Source of the DNA: Neocallimastix sp. 'constans'
Lineage: Eukaryota
Length of the DNA stretch: 64,000 nt
Direction: 5' to 3'
Assembly: GCA_050613775.1 (NCBI GenBank)
Contig: JBODTK010000149.1
Span: forward strand, 124,001 to 188,000
Under the pieces are notes generated by a model that worked only from the letters and a program-made list of their open reading frames with translations, did no database searches and was not told where the DNA came from. Numbering within the stretch: the first letter of the stretch is position 1; each line of letters opens with the position of its first letter. Positions 1-16,170 of the stretch are shown here, one piece after another. The position numbers and the translations under genes were made by a program.

Positions 1-240
1 CAAAGAATGTATCAGGCTCAGGAAATATGATTACTGTAGATGAAATTAATATGAAAAAGGGAATTATTCCATCACGTAAATTAAAAAACGAAAATAAGAA
101 AGATGATGATGTCACTACCAGATACAATAATATTGAAACAAAAATTTGTTGTCCAAAAAGAGGTTGTCTTATTTTCGAAGATGAACTCAATCAACTTCAT
201 TGTGAAAATAAAATAAAATATAATGATACTAGTAAGTTTT

Positions 241-290
<50 letters not shown>

Positions 291-521
291 TGTAATTGAT
301 AATAGTAAAAAAAAGAAAAAATTTTTTGTCATCTTTAATCTATTAAATAATAAAAATATATTAATTATTCTAATAAAAATATAATATTTTATTATTTAAT
401 ATATTAGTTGAAATTAAGAGTTTTCTTGATGAACAGGAGAACTTATCAATATATCATGAATATAAGGTTAATATAAATAATATATATATAATTTTAAATA
501 ATAAATTTTTAAAGCTTTTTT

Positions 522-555
<34 letters not shown>

Positions 556-780
556 AATTCTATATATAATTCTATACTTAAATTATATATATATATATAT
601 ATATTTATCTTCTGCTTTTCTTGCTATCATATATAGAATACTTATACTAAGAAATATTTAAGGTATATAAAATATAATGAATCTTTAAAATTTATGTTAC
701 AAGATTTTGTTCAATCTATATTTTTCCATAAACCAAAAGATGTCTATCAATTTACAAAAAATTACTTTTCAAATGAATAA
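1..780 (+). CDS. 3' end of a CATIP (ciliogenesis-associated TTC17-interacting protein)-like gene; exons <1-231, 408-466, 637-780
   Basis: GT..AG introns keep the frame. The spliced C-terminus reads IEIKSFLDEQENLSIYHEYKNTYTKKYLRYIKYNESLKFMLQDFVQSIFFHKPKDVYQFTKNYFSNE*, an RIIa/DPY30-like dimerization-docking motif resembling the CATIP C-terminus. The 5' part lies outside the window. Confidence 0.6.
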
Positions 781-1910
781 TGTACCTTTACATTTTATAT
801 ATTAAAAAGAAAAAAAAAAATTTTTTTTTTTTTGTTATTTCCTTTTTTCTTTTTTATTTGAACTATCAATTCATTATTTTTATTTTAAAAAAAATATATA
901 TATATATACATATATATATATCAATAATTTAAATACAATTAAAATCTTTTTTTTTTTTATTCTAAATGTACATATTCAATCACGTGTAATACAATTTAAC
1001 AAAATGATAATAATAATATAATATAATTATTTTTAATTAATTTCTTCAGTTTTTTTTTTTTATTTTATTTTATTTTATTTTTATTTTTTTAATTTTATTT
1101 AAAATACTAAATTTAAAAAAAAAAAAATATTAAAATTACAATATATTTCAAAAAGAAAAAAAAAAAATAGTTTACAAAAATTTTTTCTTAATAATCCAAT
1201 ATTTTTTTTGTTTTTGAATTGAAAATAAACAATAATTTTGAATTAGAAAATTGTTATATTGAAAATGTTAATAACGAATTTTCTGATAAATTATTCATTA
1301 TTATAATTCATTAAATAAAATTAGAAGCATGGTAAATTTTCATTTGATAACTGTAGTAATAATAATAATAATATTAAACATTAAATAATAATAAAAAATA
1401 ATAAATAATAATAGTAATAATTAAAAATAATAAAATAATAAAATCAAATACTTGTAATAAATGTATTAAATAATTTTTTATACACAAAATGTTTGAAAAT
1501 TCAAATGATAACATAATTAAAAAAAAAAAAAAATTATATAGTATTATAATATTATATATATATATATACTTCATACTTTTATTTTTGTTTTATTTTTTTT
1601 TTTTTATTTAAAGTATTATATATAATAAATATTATCTTATATATAAATATTAAAAAAAAAAAAAAAAACACTTTATTATTTTGCTGTATTTTTTTTTTTT
1701 TATCGAATGCTATAAGTTATTGGAATTTTAATTTTGTTTTTTATTGTATTTATTTATTTATTTTATTTTATTGATTATATTTACAACTTCTAATATATAT
1801 ATATATAAATATATTTTTGTTATTCTAAAATATAATTGTGTATCAGTATTTTATTTTTAAATTAGAAAATGAAAATTTTGAATAAAAATAATTTTTGAAA
1901 TTTAAAAATC

Positions 1911-2026
1911 TTAATTCTTCTTTTGATGAATAATATAAATGAACAATTCATCCATTGTAATTTGGAGGGTATATGTCATGTATGAAACTATAAATAATAA
2001 AAATTTGATTATATTATTAAAATTCG

Positions 2027-2060
<34 letters not shown>

Positions 2061-2624
2061 TAATATATATATAAATTATTGATTTTTTAATATTTATTTC
2101 AATCCTTACTGCAAAGTTTAACAAATCCACCATTATTATCTGATTCGATAAGCTTCTGTGAATCATTTAACATTTCATAAATTTGTTCCGCAATTTGATT
2201 CGGATTAACAAAATTATCACTATACTTTATTTGTTTAAAGTAATGGATTTATACAAATATAAGTGTATATATATATATTTTTTAATATTTTAAAAGTTAT
2301 GATTAAATTTTATTTATTTATTAATTTTTTTTTTTTTTGTTATTTTTACCACTAAAACATCTCCTTCATGTGACATTAATAAATAAGTATTACAATTTGG
2401 TATTTTTTCTAACATTTTAGTAGCTTGAACTACTTCTGAAGACTGATTATTAAATATTAATGACTACATATGTTATATTTATTAATTAAATAAGAATAAA
2501 AATTAAAAAAGATAGTTTGATATATTTTATATTAATAAAAATGTATTTATAATTTACTAATTGCTTGAAATACTTATATATATAAATATATATATAATAA
2601 ATATTGAAATATATGCTCAATGTA

Positions 2625-2628
<4 letters not shown>
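1911..2628 (-). CDS. LAMTOR4: Ragulator subunit LAMTOR4-like roadblock protein; exons 2628-2626 (ATG only), 2463-2350, 2224-2110, 1987-1911
   Basis: Not in the ORF track. Spliced product M|SLIFNNQSSEVVQATKMLEKIPNCNTYLLMSHEGDVLV|YSDNFVNPNQIAEQIYEMLNDSQKLIESDNNGGFVKLC|ISYMTYTLQITMDELFIYIIHQKKN* follows the LAMTOR4 pattern (LE.IP...YL.....G.VL ... F..L.I). All introns are GT..AG and in phase. Confidence 0.7.
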
Positions 2629-2667
<39 letters not shown>

Positions 2668-3040
2668 TTGAATAAGCTTTTTAAACCTTTTTTATTTTAT
2701 TTTATTTTTCCTTTTTTTGAAAAAAAAAAAAAAAAAAAGAATTTTATATATAAAGGCATTTTATATTTTATATATTAAAAAAATGTTTATTTTATTAATA
2801 AAATTTTTGACTATACAAAATATGCAAAAATAGCATATATTTATACATATCTTCCATAAATATTGGAAAATTTAATTTATGATTAATTATTTTATTAAAT
2901 TTAGTATTATAAAAATTTTTTTTTTACTTAAAAATATTTTTTAAAAGTTTTGAATATAATAAATAATATATATATAAATTATTAATTAATTTAAATCAAA
3001 AATCCATTAATATCTATTAATAAATAATAATCTTTTCAAA
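2629..3040. promoter_or_regulatory. Putative bidirectional promoter between the divergent LAMTOR4-like and PFD1 genes
   Basis: About 410 bp separates two head-to-head start codons. Inferred from geometry only. Confidence 0.4.
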
Positions 3041-3369
3041 ATGTCTTTAAACGAGGAAGCAATTAAGAGAGTAATTATTTTGAAAAACATTTTTAAAAAA
3101 ATTTTATTTATTTTATAACAATGACATTACTTCCTTTTTTTTTTTTTTTTTTTTTTAAAGAAAAAAAAAAAAATGAAGATTATATCAAAAATTTGTTAAT
3201 TGGTATTATTTATAATTTATCAAAAATGGATGGATGTAAAATTTTTATATTAAATACTTAATTGAAATCTACTATGATATATAAATTTATAAGAACATGT
3301 TTAAAGTTTTTATTATTAAATATTCTTCATAATTATCGTTTATTTTTTGTTTATATATATATATATATA

Positions 3370-3409
<40 letters not shown>

Positions 3410-3649
3410 ATTAATTTATTATATAATTGTTGTTAATAAAATAGTATTTAATAATAGCAATAATAATAATAAGTTGTTTTGAAAGTTAATAATTTAAATA
3501 TAATTAAGTAAGGGATTTTAATATAATGAAAGATATTTATTCTTTTATTTCTTTTCTTTTTCTTAAAATTATCACTTTTTATTATTAAATAATTAATTAA
3601 ATAATTAATTAATGTTTTAATATATTTATTATTAAATTGGTTAAAATAA

Positions 3650-3687
<38 letters not shown>

Positions 3688-4157
3688 TCTATAATAAGAT
3701 GTTCCAAGAAATGCAAAATAAGAACGTTCAACTTACAAGAGATTTAAACGGTGTAAAATATCAAATTCAAGCTAATGAAAGAGAACAAAAAATTTGTGAA
3801 TTAGCCAACAAAGAACTTCTTAATTATGAAGATAGCACTATCGCTTACAAATCTGTTGGAAAAATGTAATATTTCATTTGTTATAATTGAACAATAATTA
3901 CTAACAAATAGAATTTATAAAATAATAAAATTTTAATTTATCTATTTTTTTTTTTTTTTTTGATCTATTTTATTTTTATTATTTTAAGGTTTGTTCAAGC
4001 TGATTTGAACAAAATTCGTACTGATAATGAAAAACAAGTAGAAGAATATAAAAAGGAACAAGAAGCACTAAAGAAAAAAGAGAAATACCTTGAAAGAAGT
4101 TTAACTGATTTAACAAATCATATTAAGGATATAATGCATGGTGTTAGTGGTCGTTAA
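3041..4157 (+). CDS. PFD1: Prefoldin subunit 1 (beta-type); exons 3041-3070, 3699-3865, 3989-4157
   Basis: Spliced product MSLNEEAIKR|MFQEMQNKNVQLTRDLNGVKYQIQANEREQKICELANKELLNYEDSTIAYKSVGKM|FVQADLNKIRTDNEKQVEEYKKEQEALKKKEKYLERSL... The YKSVGKMF beta-hairpin between coiled coils is typical of prefoldin 1. Confidence 0.88.
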
Positions 4158-6183
4158 GACTTTTTACTTTTATTATTATTTAAAGAAGAAAAGAATTTTC
4201 AATAATAGTAATAATTTAAAAAATAAAGTAAGAAAAAAAAATAAAAAAATAAAAAAAAAAAAACTATTATATTAAGATAAGAATCATAATAATATAATAA
4301 AATAAATAGCAGTTATAAAATTAATTAAAAAAAAAAAAAGTATATATATTTATATATATAATATTAACAATAATAATTATAAAAAAAAAAGCAAAAAAAA
4401 AAGCAAAATATATATATATTTAATTCAAAATAAAATTCAAACAAGCAAAAAAAATAAAAAAATAAAAAAATAAAAAAAAAATAATAATATTTAACAAATA
4501 ATGAAAAGCATATGTTAACCATAAGATTATAAATAGTTATATATGAAATCATGACTTTATAGTTTAGTTTAATTTCAAATTTAAATATTATTATTATTAT
4601 TAAATTAATTATTTACATTATAATATTTGTGAGATGAGATAAATTGAACTTTTAATTTTATTATTGTAATTATTAAAGTTATATTTTTATATTTTTATTA
4701 TTATTATTGTGATTATTAAGTTATATTAATGATAAATAATTTATTAAATACTTTATACTAAGTCCTAATTATTATTAATGTTTTATCTTTTATAATTATT
4801 TTAATAATAAGTAATTATAAATTTAATGTGTAATGTAAGAATTTAATGAATGGAAATTTTATATAGTATCTATTTATAGTTTAAACTAAAATTATATATT
4901 TATAGTAATAATCTATTTTTTTTTTTTATTTTTTATTTTTTATTTTTTATTTTTTATTTTTTTTTTTTATTTTATTAATGTAAATTAAATAATTAATGAT
5001 TAGAAGTTTTAAATAATTATTTATTGAGTAATATAAATATGAGAAGATTTAAAAGGACCTTTTGTCATTTATAATCATTATTCCTGTAATAATTATAAAA
5101 AAAAATAAATAATAAATAATAATGATAATAGAATAATAGATATATATATTATAATATTATTTATTTGTAATTTAAATGTATAAATATCAAGAGTAATACT
5201 AAAAATGAAAATATAAATTAAGTATTCATATTTCTATATATTATATAAATGGATTATCTATATAGATAAGAGTCAGGTATCTTTGTATTAATAATTTTAA
5301 CATAATTATCATATATTAAAATGATCCTCTATTTTGATATATAATAATGTTATGAATTTGAATTTTCATTAGTTTTTTAAAAATCTTTAAAATTAAATAA
5401 ATATAATAAAATATAAAGATTTAAATTATAAAAGAAATATATATAACAAATTAAAGGATTCGAAAAGATATTAAGGAATTAAATAGGGAATGAACGAAAT
5501 TTCGATAAATTTCATTAAGATAGTGTAAAAATTTAATAATTTAATATGTATCTGATAAGTTGAAAAAAAAAAAAAAAAAAAAAAAAAAGTTAATATTTCT
5601 AAGAAATCTTTTATTCTTAAGAAAATTAATGCCCAACTATAAGTTTTAATTGTCATGATAAATGTGATAAAAAAAAAATTCAATAATTAGATGTATTTTA
5701 ATTGATGAAGTAAATATGGCTTCACGGAAGTTACACAGTAACTTCTATAAATCATTAGAATAAGGATTGTCAATCTAAATTTGATAATCGTTCTTAATAA
5801 TAAGACTATAAAATAAATAAATATAATCTAATAAAAAAAAAAAAAAATTATATATATATAAAAATCAACAATAGAGTAATACAAAAATGTATATAAAAAA
5901 TTTTATGATGATTTAATAAAGAATGGTTTATAAAAAATAGCCTTTTCAAGTGAAAATCCGGTCTCTGATTCAACTCATGAAAAATTAATTAGTGTAGAAT
6001 ATGTAGTTAACAGTAATATAATTACACCATTAGGAACTTTATATAAATTGACCAAAAACAAAAAACTATCAAAAGTTTATTAATGAACTAGAGGATAAAG
6101 GATATAAGTTTAAAGAAGGTGATAGTTTTCAAATGGTTTAAGGAACCTAAGGAAAAACTTTTACTTTTTTCAATACATTTACA

Positions 6184-6228
<45 letters not shown>

Positions 6229-6675
6229 TAATAAAGGCAATAAATAATAAATCTTTATTAATATATTGAATTATAAATATTTTTTTTTCTTTTTTTTTTT
6301 TTTTTTTGAATTATAAAAATTTAATATTTTTTTTTTTTGTAACACTTTTCATTTAATCAATAAATTTTTTGTAATAATTTATATAAAACTATAAAAAAAA
6401 AATTAATAATAATAAATATTTAATAAATGTCAATTGGTTGTTAATTAATTATAATTATTATTATTATTATTATATAATATAAATACATTTCAGTACCTTT
6501 TTTTTTTTTTTAAATTTGATTAAAATTTTAATTATAATTATTAAAAGCATTCATATATTATTTTTTTTTTTTTTTTTTTTTTTTTGAATGATTAATATAA
6601 AATAATAAATAATTTAAATATTAATATACATTTATATATATATATATATGTATATTATAAAACAAAAAACAAAAC

Positions 6676-6720
<45 letters not shown>

Positions 6721-8462
6721 TATAGATATATATATTTTGCATGAATATAATAAAGATAAAAATTATATATGAATTATGAATATTTGATTATAAAATAGAA
6801 ATTTTATTTTATAATATTTTGTATAATTTTATAATATTTTATGCAATTTATAATATTTCTTAATTAAACTTTTTAATTAAAAACTTTCATTTTTATTTGC
6901 ATTTTACTTTTTTAATTCAAAGTCCCAGTGATAGAATATAGATTATTTCTTTTTTTTTTTTTTTAAACTGTTTTACAATTATTAAAATACTTATTAACTA
7001 TTATTTATATTTTTTTATTTTATTTAAATAATTATTATAATTATAATTATAATAGCTTTTTTCATTAATACAAAATAAAAGGATTTTTCCTTTTATTTTG
7101 TATTAATAAAATTTTTTTATTTTTAATTTTTTATTTTTTGTATGAATTATAATAACTATATATATGATTTAATAGGGATGATCCATTAAAATAAATGGTA
7201 TCACATGACTACCTATTTTATTATATAATTTTTTTTTAAAAGAAAAAAAACATATATTAGAAAAAGTTATGTAATTATTTTATTTAAATTTATTGATAAA
7301 ATATTTTACATTATATCATACTATAGCAATAAGAGAGAGTATTAATTACTTTTATTTAATAAAAACAATTTAATAAAAAATAGAATGGATTATTTTATAA
7401 TAAATTATGCTGTTAAAAATAAAAAAGAATTTCAGAAAATATATAATGAAAAATAAAAATTTAAAAATTTAAAAATTTAAAAATTTAAAAAATTATATAT
7501 ATAATATAAATATATAAATATATATATTATTTATTTTATTTATATATATATTATTTTAATTTAATAGTTAAAAGTAATTGTTAAATTAAATAATAGAAAT
7601 ATATATAGATATATATATATATTTTTTTTTTTAAATAAAAAAAGATTTAAAATAATTTTTATTAAAATATATAATTTTAACATAAATTAATTTATTTTTA
7701 ATTTTAATTTTTTTTTTATTTTATATTTTTATTTTATTTTATTTTTTTTTTTATAAAAATAAAATTAATTATTTAATTTAATAAAAAAGGTATTAAATTA
7801 TTCTTGTTATTGTATTTTTTTTTTATTTTCACAATTACTTGATAAGAAATAATTATATTAAAAGTTTTCTTTTCTTATTTTTTTAAAAAAAATTAATATA
7901 TTTAAGGTAAATAATAGAAAAATAATTATATATATATATAATTTAATAAATTAGGTGTATTATTTAATTTCTTTTCATACAATCAATATTACAAATAAAA
8001 TTATAAAGGTAATTTAAATTTATGATTTTTTTTTTTTCTATTTAATAATATGATTACTTTTCCTATTATTCTCTTTTCTAATAGACTTATAATTCCAATT
8101 AAATATTTTATTTGATGTACGTTGTATTTTTATTAATAAATAAGTATTATTTCATTTTATTGCTTTAAAAAAAAAATAATATATATTTATTATTTTTTTT
8201 TATAAAATTACTATAAAAAGTGAATTAAAATAATAATAAAAAAAGATATATACTATATTATATATTAATGAATATAATTTTATATTTTAAGAATTTTTAT
8301 AATTGTAATATATTGTAGATCATTGAAAATAGATAAACATATAATATAAATAATAAATATTTAAAAATTATATGTTATAAAGTATTAATATATAAAAGAA
8401 GCTTTGAAATTTGTAATATAATTGTTTATAGAAAAAAAAATAAAATAAAATTATAATAATAG

Positions 8463-8493
<31 letters not shown>

Positions 8494-8591
8494 TTTTATT
8501 TTATCTAATATTTTAACTATTAGTACATTTTATATATTATTGAAAACTATTGTTATTTATATAAGAAAAATAGAATAAACTTACTATTTCG

Positions 8592-8627
<36 letters not shown>

Positions 8628-9284
8628 TTCATTTTTTTTTATTTTATTTTTCATTTATTTTTATTATTTATTCACATTTACATAAACTTATTATAATTAT
8701 TATTAAAAAAAGATTAAAAAAATTAAACGTTATTACAAATGGTGTATTATAAAAGAAAAGATATAATAATTTATATTAAATACTAGAATAATTATTAAAT
8801 TTCTTAACTAAAATTTTATTATATATTTTAAAATTTACAAAATTAATATATATAATAATTAAGTTTTTAATTATATTATATGAAATATTATTATAAAAAA
8901 TTATTTATGTGAAAAAATAAAAAAAAAAAAATAAAATAAAATAAAAAAAAAAAAAAAAAAACATATAATATAAATATAAAGTTTTAATTATATTATATGA
9001 TATGAAATATTATTAAAAAAATTATTAATGTTTTATCTAATAATATTTTATATATTTAATTTAATGTGATAGTTTTATTTTCAATTTTTATTAAAATTTC
9101 TTTTCTTCATTTTATTTTAATTTATTTTATTTTTCTCTCCATTTTCTTTTAAATTTTTTTATTTATTAGTGTAAAAAGTATTCATTATACTTAATAATTT
9201 TTATATATATATAATATTTATTTTTATTTGTTTAGTAAAATTTATTTAAATAAATATTTTTCTGGAAGGAATTGTGAAGAGTAA

Positions 9285-11522
<2,238 letters not shown>

Positions 11523-11732
11523 AATTAAATTAATATTTAAATTAAATTAAATAAATTCAATATATATAAATATTAATAATAATAATAATACATAAATAAA
11601 TAATTAATTAATTAATTATAATAATTATTACAATAACAATAATAATAATAATAATAATAGCAATAATATAATTTGGAATTCGAAAAAAAAAAAAAAAAAA
11701 AAAAAATTTTATTTACCAAACATATATATATA

Positions 11733-11767
<35 letters not shown>

Positions 11768-12016
11768 TTTATTTTATTATTATAATATATTATGATATTA
11801 TATATATTCTATTATTTTATATATAGTTTAACTTTTTATTTAATCATTTTTATTAAATATATTTATATATATTTATATATTAATGTATTATTTATATGAA
11901 ATATACATATATGTATATCCTAAATCTAATTATATAAATATTTTATGAAAAAAAAAAAAAAACTATATGTCATATTAATATTATTTTTATATTAATATTT
12001 TTTTTTATTTTATATG

Positions 12017-12052
<36 letters not shown>

Positions 12053-12671
12053 TTTTTTTTATTTTTTTTCATTTAAACTATAATTATTTTATAATTCATC
12101 ATTTAACAAATAAAAAAACAGTAAATAATATAGATATATATATATAACATATATACATTTATATACTTTAAAAGATTTTTCTTTCAAAAAGTCTTTATTT
12201 GTTATATAAAAAGTATAAAAAGTATAAAAAAAAAAAAAAAAAAAAGAAAAAAGGAAAAAAATAATATATATATATGTATATATAATGTTTTATTATTTAT
12301 TCAAAACTTAATATTTATATATATAATAATTTATAAAAAATAGTAACTAATGTTGTATATAAAATAGATATAGGATTGTAATAAATTTTATTTATACATA
12401 CATATTTAAATAATAATAATAATAATAAATATTAATAATAATTTTATAAATAACAATAAAAATTATTAAAATTAATATATAATGAAAAAGTTTATCTAAA
12501 AAAAATTATTTTTTTTTTCCCATAATTTTTTTAATAAATTTTTTTTTTATGGGAATTATGAAGATGGTAAATTAAAATCATAAATTAATATCATTTTCTA
12601 CCAAACTTTTTTTTTTTATGGGAATTATGATGGTAAATTAAAACCATTTTCTACCAATTTTTTTTTTTTTT

Positions 12672-13114
12672 TAGACTAGAAAAGAGGCTAAACTCTTTTT
12701 CCTTTGAATTATTAAACTAATAGAGAGGATTGCATGAGTACTATATATTAAAGAGGGAATTACTTAGCATTTGGGTACAAGATTTGATGTGTCTATGTAG
12801 ATCTTATTCTACCTAAATTTTAATCTTTCGGACATTTATGCATTTGCCAAGGGAAAAGGAGCAAAGTACGAAAGTTCATACGTTAGATTATACTGGCCCT
12901 AGCTTCAAAGGGAAGTTAACAAAATTGGAGAAACACTCGAAGAAGTAGTACTAGAAAAATTCTCAGCAATAATATGCATGTCAGAGCGCTAATGCTGAAA
13001 CACTCAGTAAAGGTTATCCAGTAGGGACAATTCTGCCATTATGGAAGTGTGTGACTACCCCAATATTCCCACTGCTCCTGATGGGGGGACTGAAACCAAG
13101 GACAGTACACACTG
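12672..13114 (+). mobile_element. Probable 5'-truncated non-LTR retroelement 3' end (island 1), followed by a (TAAAA)n tail
   Basis: GC-richer island with a broken reading frame and a GC-rich stem-loop at the 3' end. It runs straight into a TAAAA array and shares a motif with the islands at 18.4 kb and 52.85 kb. Confidence 0.45.
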
Positions 13115-13405
13115 AAAATAAAATAAAATAAAATAAAATAAAATAAAATAAAATAAAATAAAATAAAATAAAATAAAATAAAATAAAATAAAATAAAATA
13201 AAATAAAACAGAATAAATAGTAGAATATTAAATATAAAGTACAGATTGAATAAAATAAAATAAAATAAATTAAAATAAAATAAAATAAAATAAAATAAAT
13301 AGTAGAATATGAATATAAAGTACAGAATAAAATAAAATAAAATAAAATAAAATAAAATAAAATAAAATAAAATAAAATAAAATAAAATAAAATAAAATAA
13401 AATAG
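13115..13405 (+). repeat. (TAAAA)n pentanucleotide array, interrupted twice by a similar ~35-bp unit
   Basis: Directly visible; 'aaatagtagaatat..aatataaagtacaga' occurs twice within the array. Confidence 0.9.
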
Positions 13406-13969
13406 AAAAAAAAAATTAAACTATTAAAAATATTTATCGGGAAATTCAATTTTCATAGCTTCATTCATTAGGTGAAGGACGATGATTACCTTTCTGTAGT
13501 TCTATAAACTTAACGGACTATTTATAAGAAAAATTTATATTAAATAATTTTTGTTGAATTATTTTTTTTATATAAAATAAAAAATTTAAATATTCAAATA
13601 AGATTTTTATATATATTAAAATTAATTTTTTTTTTTTTTAATTATTATTTTTTATTATTATTATTTGTATAATTTTATATACTATTTTTGATTTATTTAT
13701 TTGACTTTATCTCATTTATTAATCCTTTTTTTTTTTATACATAATTAATTTAAAAAAAATTTTTTTTTTCTTAATATTTAAATTTCGATAGAAAAGATTA
13801 ATAATAATTATTTATATTAAATCTTTACATTAATAAATTAATTATTTTTTTATTTTTGTTTGATTTTTTGTTAATTTTTAATTGATTTTTGGGTATTTAC
13901 TTTTGTTTTATTTGTTGCAAGCAATTTGAAATTTTAAAAATATTTATTATTATCAAAAGGAATCTAGAT

Positions 13970-15083
13970 TTAGTATTCCATGGTTTCAATGGCATGCATC
14001 TTTTCGATTCTACCAGTGTGTCTGTTACCTTCAAATTGAGTACTAAGGAAAGTATCAACCATATCATAAGCAACAGATTCTTCAGTAATTCTGGCACCCA
14101 TAGCTAAAACATTGGCATCATTGTGCTTTTTAATAGTAATTTATTAATATAAAAAGAAATATATAAAGATATAATTAATATATAATTTTATTTAATATAT
14201 AGAACATATTTAATATATTTAATATATATAATGATATAATATATAAATTAATAAATTTAAAATTATAAATATATATTTTTTATTAATTACTTGTCTTGAC
14301 ATTTCAGCAGTGTAATGGTCATGGCAAAGAGCACAACGAATACCATGAACCTTGTTAGCAGACATAGAAATACCAATACCAGAACCACAAACAACAATAC
14401 CAAATTTTGTTTCTTAATATGCATATATATAGAAAAAATAGTATATATATAGGTTAATTATTTCATATTTAAGAACATCACTTTTTTTTATTAATAATTA
14501 ATGTTTAATTTTTATATCAAATAATATAAAATTTAAAATGTTTATATGTATATCTCAAAAATATTAAAATTTATTAGATAATATAATATTTTTATCTTAT
14601 TTCAATTTTTTATAAAAAAATATATAAATAAATTGAAATAAATTTATATTTATGTTATTTAATATTGTTTTTGTTTTTGTTTTTGTTTTAATTATATATG
14701 CTTACCGTATTCTCTCTTTGGCTTTAAGTATTGAAGACAAACTTCTTTAGCAAAATCTGGGTAATCACACTATAAATAAAAAAAAATTTTTTTTAACGAT
14801 TATAAATATTTAATTAATTGACTTTATTTTATTATATAGTTCAATAAAACCAATTTATATAAATATATATATATATATAATTAAAAAAACAAAAATAATA
14901 ATTCCATACTCTTTCTTCTTTGTGAACACCAACATCAATGAGATCCCATCCGGACTTCTTCTTTATGTATTCAACTAATTTCACTCTTAATGGATAACCA
15001 GCATGATCAGAACCAATAATAATAAGCTTCTTGTTAGAAGGATCTTCAACAACGTATTTAGCTAAAGGAAGAGCTACGGACAT
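13970..15083 (-). CDS. rpiB: Ribose-5-phosphate isomerase B (RpiB/LacAB family); exons 15083-14910, 14769-14706, 14412-14291, 14125-13970
   Basis: The spliced protein has [59 protein letters not shown] and [13 protein letters not shown]. All introns are GT..AG and in phase. Confidence 0.93.
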
Positions 15084-15789
15084 CTTGACTTGTTTTTTTT
15101 ATTTAATATTTTTTATTTAAAATAAAAAAAATTAATAATTTTTTAAGTTTAGTGTATTATCAATAAAATAAAATTTTTCTTCTTTTATAAGAAATTAAAA
15201 AATTTCCATAATATGATTGGTTTAAAATATTATAAGAAATTTTTTCAACATCAGTTTAATACTACTAAAAAAAAACTTCATTAAACAATACCATAATTAT
15301 AAATATATATTAATATCTGGTTCCCAATCTCTAACCATTTAATATTACTGATAATATGTTAGAAAATTCTTTTTGAATATGATTTACATAATATATACTA
15401 ACTTTTTTTTTTTTATTTATTTAAACAATGAATAAGTTATAATAATCTATATTATAAATGGGAGAGTATTTTTTTTTTTTTTTTTAATTTTGATATGATC
15501 AAAATTTAATAATTTTTTTAATTACAACTTTTATTAAAAAAAAAATTAAAAAAAATTAAAAAAAAGTACACTAAAAAAAAATTAATTATTTGATTAAATT
15601 AATATATTTAATCGATTTTAATAAATAATCTCTATATATTATTAGCTATATTTATTATATATTAATGACATATTATACTCTATATAATATATGTAATAAT
15701 AATTAAATAATTTTAATTTAAAATTACTCAATAGAATTAATGTTCATATATATTTATATATTTATTAAATAAAATTTTTATATATTTAT

Positions 15790-16170
15790 AATTTATTATT
15801 ATTTATTATTTATTATTTATTATTTATTATTTATTATTTATTATTTATTATTTATTATTTATTATTTATTATTTATTATTTATTATTTATTATTTATTAT
15901 TTATTATTTATTATTTATTATTTATTATTTATTATTTATTATTTATTATTTTATATTTATTATTTATTATTTATTGTTTATTATTATTTATTATTTATTA
16001 TTTATTATTTATTATTCAATTATTTATTTATTATTTATTAATTATTATTTATTATTTATTATTCAATTATTTATTTATTATTTATTATTTATTATTTATT
16101 ATTTATTATTCAATTATTAATTATTTATTATTTATCATTTATTATTTATTATTTATTATTATTATTATTA
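15790..16170. repeat. (TTATTTA)n heptanucleotide microsatellite
   Basis: Directly visible. A similar shorter array lies at ~36530-36650. Confidence 0.85.

Noticed and set aside
1328..1574. Possible tiny spliced ORF on the minus strand (MLSFEFSN...LLQ|LSNENLPCF)
   Set aside because: About 30 aa with no homology cue; expected by chance in AT-rich DNA.
12541..12660. Imperfect tandem duplication (ttatgggaattatga...ttttctaccaa) at the left edge of island 1
   Set aside because: A real duplication, but both copies are on the same side of the island, so it is not a TSD, and no function is evident.
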